In this document: positions 1 to 10,845 of the stretch, piece by piece
How positions within the stretch are numbered: the stretch's first letter is position 1
Layout: every line of letters starts with the position of its first letter
Assembly (NCBI GenBank): GCA_026025075.1
Contig: JAPEUI010000026.1
Coordinates: 124,001 to 179,059 of the forward strand
Direction: 5' to 3'
Length of the DNA: 55,059 bases
Source: Vezdaea acicularis
Lineage: Eukaryota
Translations under genes and position numbers: made by a program
Notes under the pieces: generated by a model
Databases searched by the model: none
What the model was told of the DNA's origin: nothing
Seen by the model: only the letters and a program-made list of their open reading frames with translations

Positions 1-3000
1 GGGGGATGACGGGAAAGCCGAATGAACTCGGCTCTCTCCTCCGCACAAGTCGGTTAGTCCTCAAATCTTGCGCGAGCGAAGCCGGTGGACGGGTGCCGCT
101 TTCGAGGTAGCGAATTGGGGGGCTGGCTTGGAAATAATGGCGGGAGAATAGCCAGCTCACGGGGGAGAGAGAAGGTGGGTCTGCAGTTCGTCGTTTGATC
201 GGGTATGGGCCGCGGGTCGAGGCGCGTGGTTAGAGCTGGCAATGAACGATTCATTCAAGCATATCGCAGGGCAAGAAGAGTGGCTCGACCGTAGCTATGG
301 CTGCAAATTGGGAGAGAAGGGATGTGCCTCCAATGGGAGCTAAGTGAAGCTTATTGGGTTTGCAGCTTCTTAGGGACGCGCTAGCCCTAGACCATAGGAT
401 CCGTGTATCTGGGGAGCACAGTGAAGAGTGCGATGGTCTGATCGATGGTAGTAGACGTGGAGAGCTCGCGGATCGAGATCTTGCAGATGTCGATTAAGGG
501 AGATACCCGGGGAGCGGGACGGGGTTGAGAGGCGTTTTGGAGGCGGGTGATAGGCTAGGAGGGAATGCCCGATACATTTTGTGGATTAAACGCGGAGGAC
601 ATTGGTTTGTTCAACCCCGGATTTCCCCGGGTTTCTGGATTTGTTGGATTTGATTGGCTCCTGGCTATCAGATCTCGAGATCTAGACTGCGGAGACGATG
701 GCAACTTCACCCACACGACAGCAACGGCAACGACCCAACTCTCTTCAATCGTCATTCCCCTAGGAAATGCTTCTCTCAATCACTCGATGCGTCAGGCTCT
801 CAAGGGAAATGTGGGGGCGTTACAGTAGTGGGCGATCCAGAAGATCAAGACAAACTCACTCTTTGATCTCAATCTGCTGATTGGCAAACTCTGTCCTCAT
901 AAAACCACGCCCCTGGACCAAGATCCTTGCCCCGCCCTTCCTTCGAGGCGGGGATACAATCACCTCAGGCATCCTGGATAAGCTCATTAGGATTAGGTCT
1001 CGCTCGTCCATGTGTCAGCAGAAGCATGGAAGCTCGCGTGAACATCGGACGCAGTGAGAGGGGGAGGGAAAATTTCGCGTCCACGAGCAGTCGTGCGATG
1101 AGCAAACTGCGATGGAAGAGAGGACGCATCAGAAATGCGATACGTCTTCTTTCCGAGATGCTGCCCTCGCAAAGTCCGGTGATGGATGCTCTGGTGGCGT
1201 GTGTCCGGTTGGACGGTGGGCATCTCGTGAACGTGAAACACAACGAACACGCCGTGGGTGAGGCGAATATGATATATGCAATTTGCCTTACGACCGGTCG
1301 CTTCTGCGATGCGCATCTCCTAATGTAACCCGCCGTGAGGTCGAGCCCTTGCATAAATCAAGTTTCATAACTCATCCACGTTCCCGCCCCCGAGGCGACG
1401 CTTATTATCTCACATTCGCGCTCACCGCTACTCATCACCTGGGCATGGGGCTGGGGGGGGAGGGGGGTGGGAAGGGGCGATGACACGCAACAAAGAAGGT
1501 TCGTTGGACGGAGGAGGCGGACGAAGCAGGAAAGAGGCGATCCGCCCTCCAACCAGGAAGGAAGGAGCAGAGCCGGGCAGGGAAGAAATTCTTTATCGTC
1601 ATGTTACCTCGAATCTGACGACCCGGCGGCCCTGGTTCGTGTTTGTGCCAAGCCAGGGGCAGGGAGGGCCGGGACGAACTCCTTGCACGAGGGACTCGAC
1701 TCCGGGGCCCGGCTCTTGCGCGAGCGCCTCCCTCTCCTCCTTCCCGCTCCATCGCAGCTTCCGTTGTCTGGTCTCTGGGAATCCTTGGCAGATCTTGGCC
1801 GTCCGTCCGTCCGTCAACGCGCGTCTGGAACAAACACTCCATCCCCCATTGCCGGCCAAGACGTCTCCATTGCCCTGCCATCCCTCCTTCTTCTCCGCCA
1901 CTCACTCCGAACAACCCCACAATCACGGCGTCCTCCAGGATTCGCACCTGCCGCCCTTCGACGTCGTCCCCATGTCGAGCCGCATGCATGCACGGCCTCC
2001 GTCGTCGTTGCCCCAAACGGTCTGCCGATGGCCCTAACCGGCCCGATGCAGGAGTACCCAAGCCACGTGGAAGATCGCTGCGAGGGCCGGCGCCCGTGAA
2101 CCCGATGGGAGATGATGTCAGGATCTTCGATGTCCCATTGGCCGGGCGCCCGAGTCAGCGTCGCCCATTTTCGCCCTCGTTGCCTCTCTCTCCCTTTTCT
2201 CGACGACCGGGACGCGGACGAAGGGAGGGGGGGCGACGAGAAAAGCGAACGAACGGGCGGCCCGCTTTCGCCTTGTTCGTTTCGTCCGACGACCGTCGAA
2301 CGAGGGGAGACGTGGTTCCACGAGCCACAGCCGCGGATTCTCGGGGATCGACCGAGTCGCATATGTGACTGCTCACAATGATGCGCGGTCAGCCTCAACC
2401 AGGGCCTTCTCGTCGCTCGCGGGGAAACGGCGCCTGCTTTCGGCCCTACTGTATTGCAGGTCGCGCGAGGAGGGGGGCCCTAGGCTGAGAGGGGCAATCG
2501 TCTCCAAGAGGGCGGCCGTTGACCCTTTTCTGACAGCGCGGGTGCGATGTGAGGCTGGCTTGGAGAGGGCGGGAGCGAGGGCGAGTGCCGTTGGCGGCAG
2601 ACACCGACGCCAGACAAGGTGAGCAGGGGCAGTCGCCCGACACGGCCTAGCGGGAGAAGACGAGCGGAAAACTTCCAGACCGTCTCGAACGTGCCCGCGC
2701 AAGACGCAGGGAAGAGAGGAAGTCGGGAGGGGAGAAGAGGCGGGCAACGCTCCAGTTCTCCAGCGTCGATGGCTCTCACTCACCTTGGCGTCGGCCTCAC
2801 GACCCCTCCACGCCTTTCCTGCAATTTCCACTCGCCTAGTTATTCACGATGGTGCGATGGAGATTTTTTTCTTTCCTTTTCTTTTCGACCGGCGATCAGC
2901 GTGCGCGCGAGTTGCGCCGAACCCGGCCCCCGGACCCTGCGTCTCTCCCATTTCTTCCCATCCCATTCCCCCGGGCCGCGGCGGTAGCACGGCGCCGTCG

Positions 3001-3210
3001 TCATTGCCGCCGTGCTCGTCCGCGTCTGTCACCTCGTCCGTTCGCCCGCATCCGCATCGTGATATCACCGCGGCGCGCCGCTTGTATCGGGCCTTGCTTC
3101 GAAGTCGTTGCTTTTTGGGCGGGGGGCTCTTTCGCGTGTGCATGCATATGTTCCCTTGCGCCCACCCCTCCCTGCGCCGTTGCGGCCTTCCTTCCCCCGC
3201 CCCCCTCTCC

Positions 3211-3408
3211 TCCGCCGCCGCCGCCGCCTCCTCCTCCTCCTCCACTCCGATCCCCCCACGGCCCTATGCCCAGACCGAGACCCTGGGCAGACGAGCGACC
3301 CAGGGCCCGTTCGGCAGTCTGCGTGCGCCTCCAAAACACCACGCTCGACCTTCTCTTGCGCCTCACCGACCACCTTGGCTCCCACTCCACTCCCACTCCC
3401 ACTCCCAC
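3211..3408 (+). repeat. Simple repeats: (CCG)n(CCT)n at ~3211-3244 and (CCCACT)n at ~3381-3408
   Basis: Directly visible microsatellites in the GC-rich upstream region. Confidence 0.8.
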
Positions 3409-4612
3409 GCTCGTTCTCCCCCCGGTCTTTGGCTTCTCCTGCCATCCCTCCTCGCTCGCCGACGGCCGACACGTTAGCCTCAAGTCCGCCCAGACGTCGC
3501 CGCATGGCCGTCCGTGTTACCCAATGCAACCTTGTCAGGTTTGGGAGCCCGTCGCCAGCTGAGGCAGAGCCGTTTTCCCTCCAAGCTATGCCCCTTCCGA
3601 CCCACCATCTCCCTTCGACACGGCGCTCCAGTGACGAGACGGCGAGCCCAGGGCACTGGCTGGGCGCCCTGAACCGCGCCAGGTTGGCGAAGGGTTCTCG
3701 ACGTCGGGCCTAGATGGTCCCACGTCCCTCTGGCCCCAGCAAGGGCCAGGACCATCGTGCTCTTCGTGCGCGCTCTCCACCCTGCTGGCTTTCTCACCCT
3801 CCGCCCAGCGGTGCCTGACCCGGCTGTCCTCGTGCGCGCCGGTCTTCCCTGCCACAACCGCCATTCCCACTCCCGTTCACCAAACGCCTTCCATCGTTCC
3901 GCCCGCCCCGGCCGCCTGACCTGCCCTGCCCCCGTCTGCCGGTGGCCAGCGCGTGTGACGACGGGGCAAGAGCCCGATGAAGTCCGACTACAAGTATTCC
4001 CCGGCGCCCAGGCCCTGGTTGGAGATGTTTCCCCCCCCAAACCCCCCCCCCCGTCCGCGTCTCCGCCAGACCTCCCCCATCTCCGACCGCTCACTGGATC
4101 TCGACTGTCTCGGAGCGGAGATTTACTCCGCAAAAGCTCGGAATATTTTCAATCGAATCGAGTCGACCGGAGAGAAGGGTGTGGCCGCAGGTCCACGCTG
4201 CTCCCCCCAAACAAACCCTACGGCGGGAAACTACCCCCTCCCCCCCCCCTCCCCGCTCCTCTCCAGATTCGGCATTTGCTGGACGAGAACCGCTCAAAAC
4301 GGAGCCCGAGCCGCCAGATATTTCGTATGACTGCTTAGAACATCTGCGCGGTGCAGAACTAAGCCTCAATTTTTTGAATTCTGCGTGCGCCGAGTAGCCT
4401 TTCCCGATAGCTTTGCATCGGTCACCTCCGCGCGTCGGCCCTCAGCTCGAGGAGCTAGGCTGACCGTGTTGTGTGCTCGCGACGACCCAGCCCGGGCAGG
4501 AGCCCTTCGAACCCTCCAGAAATCGTGTTCTCTCACCCTACCAAACAATCTCCCCAGACGAGCAGGGCACTTGCCAGCCGGGCCTTTTCCATGACCTGGA
4601 TACCTCGCCAGA

Positions 4613-6319
4613 ATGACGGCGAACCTGCCCGTGGGCTTTGTCACCAACAGCGGGTCCATTATTGGAGACATCGAGCGTATCGATAACGTGCCGGTGGAGG
4701 ATATCTCGAAGCTATGGAAAGGTGAGCAGGGGTTGAGGCTGCTGGCCGCTTGCTTTGCGTTGCCTGCTCTCTCTCGTGCTGGGCTCATGGCTGACGGAAA
4801 CCCCACGTATAGCATATACGACGAACAAGGCTATCTTCCCGAATGATGTCGGCGTACGACTCGAGAACCTCTTCTGGAGAATTTGGGGGAACGACTCGCT
4901 GGTCTCTACTATCACCGGTGCAACCCTGGCACGGCTCTTTGCGCACATCTCAGAGGGACAGAGCTTCATCCGGACGACGCCTGTACAGTCCCCCCGCGCC
5001 TCGACGACACCGCCGCCTCCATCATCGTCATCCGTATGTCTATTGCCCTCCTTCCTACTGCTGGTGCTCACTGGAGACGTTAGGAACCGTCCGGTGGCTC
5101 TCCTGACGGGGAGCGCACGCCGAGACCGTCGAGACCGAGCAGTTCATCCTCCCAGCCCGCTTCATTACCGCAAAGGGGAATTGCTCTTCCGCCCGAAGAA
5201 GCGTCGTCCACGACTCCCACGGAGGAGAATATGAGACCGCCTCGACGAGACTCGGTCCAGTTCCAACTCGCCTCGACCGACGCTGAACCGGCCGTGCCCA
5301 GCGAGCGGCCGAAGCGGGCGATGCCACCGTCGATTCTCAAGAAGCCGGGTCAGCCGTCGCGACGAGAAGCACGGACGGCCACGGGCGATGCAGCCTTGGG
5401 TACGGAACCGTCGCAAGAAGCGGTCTACGGATCGGTAGGCAGCGAGAACTACGAAGTGAGCCCGAAGACCAATCAGCCGCGACCGCCCACACCGCCTAAA
5501 GGCGCTCGACGAGAGAGCCAAAGCGGTCCGAAGAAGAAGCGCGCGTCCTTTGCGGCCGGATCCGCGAAGGACCGTCGGCGAAGACCTTCCTTCCCTCGAA
5601 GAAAGTCCTCCCAGTCCTCTTCCAGCGGTATCTCGAGCTCGAACGTGCCCAAGTCTCCTCGATCTCGGACCGAGTCTGCGCTCTTGTCCCCAGACGCCGA
5701 GGCCAACCCTTTCGAAGTGCCAACCACAGCTCGAGCGCCCGTCGGCAGCAGCAGTGTCTTTGAAGAGAGCATGCCAAGTGGAAGGACTCTGAAAGAAACT
5801 TCTCGAGGAAGCAGAGGCGCTGCCGCTGAACCAGAAGACCTCACCACCACCACCACCACCACCGCAGTCGGCCTCACCAACCTCGACGAACCCCTCGTCG
5901 ACCGTGACTTCCGCGCCAAATTCGTCAACCGCCAACAATCCTCCTCCTCCTTCCTCTCCCTCCCTCTCCTCTCCAAAACCACATCCACCGTCGCATCTAC
6001 CTCCACCGCCGCCGCGGGCCAGCTGGACATGAGTGAGCCCGGCATCACACCGCCGGGAAGAGCCAGGGGGAAGACGAAAGCGAAGGCGCAGCTGGGCTTC
6101 ACGGATCAGCTTGAGCCGCTGAAACCTGCTGCGGCGGCGTCTGGTGTGCTTGGAGATGGAAGGGAGGATGAGGAGGATGAAGAGGAAGGGGAAGGGGCCG
6201 CGAGGGACCTGCCGAGGACGAAGAGTCAGTTGACGCTTTTGTTGGAGCGGGATAGACGGTATAGCGAGGGAGCGGCGGTGGTGGCGGAGAGGGAGAGGCG
6301 GCATAGGACGGAGAGTTGA
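4613..6319 (+). CDS. DUF1752 (AreA-N / GATA-associated domain) protein, 3 exons: 4613-4721, 4813-5033, 5084-6319
   Basis: Introns GTGAGC..GCTGAC..TAG (4722-4812) and GTATGT..GCTCAC..TAG (5034-5083) join three ORF-track pieces in frame. The spliced N-terminus LWKAYTTNK...RLENLFWRIWG is the DUF1752 signature. The C-terminus carries LVDRDFRAKF and KSQLTLLLE motifs. Confidence 0.85.
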
Positions 6320-7640
6320 GGACGATCCAAAGGTTACTACTGCTGGAAAGGGATTAACAACATGACGAGGGGGCGGCGTTGGCGGCTCAGAGAGAGAGGC
6401 AGCAGCGGACACCACATCAAGTCCAATCCGACACAAACATCCAACCCCCCCCCCCCCACATACCCACTCCCTCGACCAAAAGCTCCCCAACTACCACCAG
6501 CACCCATCCATCATTCTACTCACAGCCAGCCGCAAGGCACACCTTTTTTTCGGCATTCAGCACGCGAGCTCGTTTTATGTAATCTTGCATTTCCGGCGCC
6601 TCGTTATCGGGAAGGAACGCGTGGGGAAGATGGAGGGGAGAAAGGCAGGGGCTTCTGTTGTTTGGCTTGGCTTTATGGGGGTGGTGATGTTGGAAGATAT
6701 GGTGTGGCATGGTATGGCATCATCACATCGCATCGCACAGCAGGATAGGTTATAGCACAGACGGGCAGGGTACAGCACGCTACAGCAAGGCAAGGCAGGA
6801 CAGGACAGGGCATGAACTCGGGAGCATGGAATAGCATCTGAGCGACGTCTGAAACCTTTTATCCGCTGCATTTGCTGCATTCTTTTTTCGTTTTTTGGAA
6901 GCGAGCGCTCCTACAACAATCAAGTGTGATTGTTCTTTATGCTCAGGTCTTTCTGTGATTTGGGCATGGCGGCGGAGTGGCCCTTTTTTGGGGAGGGGGG
7001 CTGGCTGGGTAGGGATGCGGATCGGATGGGGATAGGGATAGGGATACCCGAGTTTTTTTGGTGGTGTTGGTTTTTGTTATTCGTCGATGTACTGTAGATG
7101 TATATAATTCCCGACTTTCGGCACTTGCCTCCCACATATGCGAATCTCAGCCCTGAGCCCCAAATGGCGTTCCTGGTGGGTGGCACGGGGAAAGACGCCA
7201 AGAGCCGTTCGAAGCGGAGGGTTGAGGATTTGCTGCATGGCGTGATTTTGCCGACCAGTTCATGCTCGGTGGCTGACCCGCGCGCAAGAGCCGTGGAGGG
7301 TAAAGAACGAAAAGCCACGCGGCGGTCAATCGGGGAGGTGATGTATGATCTTCATGGCGTTCCCCGTTGAAGCCCAGTTGTTGCATCACCCGCTTTCTTG
7401 GGTCAAGGGACAGCGCGCGCCCTTACGAACCTGCAGCTCCCCTTTCCCCCCTGGTGGGCTTTCTTGCTTTCGTCTCCACCACTCGGCAAAGTGGGCGAAC
7501 GACGTCGAGTTTGCTGAGAGGGGGCCGGCGGCAATACCAAGACGCTATAAGTCTTGGTATGCATAATCCCTCCGCCCAACTCCAACAAGCAAAAGGAAAA
7601 AGGCTGCGTTCGTCGCTCACACCAGAAAAACTCTCCTGCA

Positions 7641-9482
7641 ATGGCCCCTTCATCCAGCAGACGAGCACGCGACCCCGATAACCCGCCCGCTGCTGCTGCT
7701 GCTGCTGCGGCCACGACCGACTCGCCGGCGGTAGTACCTCGCGGCGACCTCGCGCATCATCATCATCTCACTCGCCCGGGACTCCAGCAGAGGCGATCCA
7801 GCTCTTCCATCCCTTCGAGAATATCCGCTCGTGGCCCCGTTGTTGTGGTGTCGTCATCGAGGCCTCACAGCCCGGCTGCACGACCGGCGGATACGCCCTC
7901 GAGCTGGTTGGAGGCGGACGAGTTGGACGGCGAGTGGGACGAAGAGACGGACGCGGACGAGTCGAAGAGACATCATCTGCATCATCAGCAGCACCGCCGA
8001 AGCATGAGAGACAAGTCCTCGCTGCCCACCACCTCCAGCATCAAACGCCCGCTGATCGACCTCGTCAGGAACGAGTGGCGGACTGACGCCCCTGACCTCG
8101 TGGACGATGAGCAGGAGTGGCCGACGATGCTCTTCTCCGCCCGCTTCAGGCGATACGTCCTTGTCTACGCCGTGTTATTGTTGACCTGCTATTCGAGTTG
8201 GCGGTTCTATCTAAGGCCCCGCTGGGACGAGCAGCGCGTCCTCAGCCAGAGCCTGGACGACCGCACACTCATGAGGCAGGGCTGGTTTGGCATCAATTCG
8301 CGGCCGGACTTTCTCAAGATGATTCAATTGAAGACGCTGGATCAGGGGTATGTACCTCAGGTCGGGGTCGAGTGGAGCGATAGCAGTAAGAAGGAGCGGA
8401 ATGGTCGGCTTGTCATTGTCGGCGATGTGCATGGGTGTAGGGAGGAACGTGAGTCTCCTTTCTTAGAGAGCATATCCATGTCTCTATCCATCTCTCTTCT
8501 ACATATATTACCCCTCTCTCTGAAGCGGCCGACCGACTAATCCTTCCTCCACCAGTCGACAAACTCCTCGACAAACTCACCTTCAACCCGAAATACGACC
8601 ACCTGATCCTCACCGGCGACGCCATTGCCAAAGGCCCCGACTCCCCCGGCGTCATCGACCTCCTCATCCGCACCAACGCCTCCTGCGTCCGCGGCAACCA
8701 CGAAGACCGCGTCCTCCTCGCCCACCGCGACCTGAACACCCCGCATATCGCCCTGCCCGGCCCCGAAGAGGACCTGGACACCCCCGCCGACGACCTCGAC
8801 GAGGAGAGCTTCAACAAGGGCGACTACAAGGCCCGTGCCGTCGCCAAGTCCCTGCAGGAGCACCATGTTCGCTATCTCTCGGCCTGTCCGGTCATTCTTC
8901 GCGTTGGACAGGTGGGCGGGCTTGGCGAGGTGGTGGTGGTCCACGCGGGAATGATTCCTGGGGTCGCGTATGAGAAACAGGATCCCTTTGGCGTCATGAA
9001 TATGCGGACGGTCGATCTGGAGACGCATGTGCCGAGTAGTAGCCACGAGGGCACGCCGTGGTGGAAGGTTCGTTCTTTGCACCTTTTCCTCTCCATCTTC
9101 CTCCCCCACCCCCTCCCCTCCACACACGAATAAGCTCCCCACTAACAAACCCTTCCCCACGCAGCTGTGGAACCACCACCAAGCGCGCCTCCCCCCCACC
9201 GAGCGCGTCAGCGTCGTCTACGGCCACAACTCCAAAGCCGGCTTCGTCAACAAGCCCTACACCAAGGGCCTCGACACCGGCTGCGTCCGCGGCGGCAAGT
9301 TGACCGCCATGGTCATCGAGGGCGGCAGGAAGCGCGAGAGTGTGAGTTATGTTAGCGTTAAGTGTAAAGGTGGGAGGGAACGGAAGATGGAGGCTAAGGC
9401 GAAGGCGAAAGCTGAGAAGGATATGGAGATGGAAGGGAAGGCGGAGCAGGAGGGGGAGAGGAGGAAAGAGGTTAAGCCCTGA
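7641..9482 (+). CDS. Calcineurin-like metallophosphoesterase, Ppn2/YNL217W-like type II membrane protein; exons 7641-8448, 8556-9067, 9165-9482
   Basis: Motifs GDVHG, GDAIAKGP, RGNHE, VHAG, YGH and GLDTGC occur in order after splicing. A hydrophobic segment (YVLVYAVLLLTCY) precedes the catalytic domain. Introns are GTGAGT..GACTAA..CAG and GTTCGT..ACTAAC..CAG. Confidence 0.88.
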
Positions 9483-10263
9483 TCCGATCCCGCACAAGGG
9501 GAAGATCAGGAGCATGCGTGGTTGCTGGGTTACGGGAGTGTATGTTATATACAGGATCACTTCCTGTGGCGTTTTCCCCTTTTTTTCTCCTGCATTCCTG
9601 CATTTTCTGCTGGGTTCATGGCCACCACGTGCTGGTTTCTTGTCTTTTAGGGGGGGGGTTGCATAGCTTGCGATCTTTTGTGGATACGGCTCTGACGAGT
9701 TCGTTTCGTTTCGTTTGGTGGGCCAATGCATCGGTGTTTTGTTTACTTTGCATGAGATCTTTTGAGGATTCTTTCTGGGCGGTGTGATGATTGAGGTTGT
9801 AATAACTCGCCATATTCTATGTTATGTATGATATGAGGCGCTTGCATGAACTTGTCTTCTCTTCCGCCCCCGTCGGCTAGAGAAGAGATAGAGTGTGTGT
9901 GGTCGGCGAAGGGGGGGAGGGGAGTGGGTTCTGGAATCAGTGGGTGGAGGGTTGGAGGGTTGGTGGTGGTGGTGTAGATGGGGTAGAAGATGGGTGGTTT
10001 AAGGCCACCTTTGCCGCGACTGGGAGGGAGGCGAGTGGTTACGGGATGGGGTAGGGTAGATATGCTTGATGACTGGACACGGGTCTTTGGATGTGATCCT
10101 AAATTAATAGTAGGGCTTGGGGTGTCAGATTGCTGCCTATTATCTCCGCTCCTGTTTTTGCTGATTTTGCGGCTCTAATGGCTTCGAGTGCTAGTATGAT
10201 CATTGCTAGGATGCGTAGGCATGGATATGTGTAAGAATGGGCATGATAACTGGCCCTGAGTCT

Positions 10264-10302
<39 letters not shown>

Positions 10303-10313
10303 CTGGGGGGGGG
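10264..10313 (+). repeat. Poly-G tract (G38-TCT-G9)
   Basis: Directly visible homopolymer between the phosphoesterase and GEA genes. Confidence 0.9.
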
Positions 10314-10845
10314 TGGGAGATGGAGTGGAGTGACGTCTGCACTGTTATTACGTGTTATGTAGGCTGCTCAATATTGGACTCATTAAGAAAAATTATCGAT
10401 ATTTGACTGCTTTATAAGAAGGCTGGCTGTAAAGAATTTTGGCGTCGTGTGAGTAGATATAACTAGAATGCGCTTTCTTTTCGCTTTGCTGTTATATGCT
10501 CGTTTTGCTGGCGTGGGGGACTTTTTGCAACCGGCTTGTATTGTTGGTTTGCTTTGAATGGGCGAGCCTTGACCTTTTCTTGTAGGCGTACGTGTCACTG
10601 GGTTACGGCAGTTGAGCGGGGGGTATTCTGGCAAAAGATTCTGGATTCCGGAGGTGCGTCCACGGTACTTCAACTGCAGCCCGCAGGCACTGCAGCATGT
10701 ATCACGCTCCATGGGGGGCGGAAAGTGCGCTTGTGGCCTCTCGCGCTGGACCTCGGGAACTCCGACATTTCCAAAATTCTGACCGCTCGACGAGACACGT
10801 CCTCCAAGGGCACATAGCAGCCCGCCATATAGAACCCTCTAATTG

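Noticed and set aside
1435..4400. Many overlapping 150-240 aa ORFs in all six frames
   Set aside because: R/P/G/S-rich translations with no recognisable motif; expected from stop-codon scarcity in GC-rich DNA.
5165..6490. 441-aa antisense ORF
   Set aside because: Antisense shadow of the GC-rich third exon of the DUF1752 gene.
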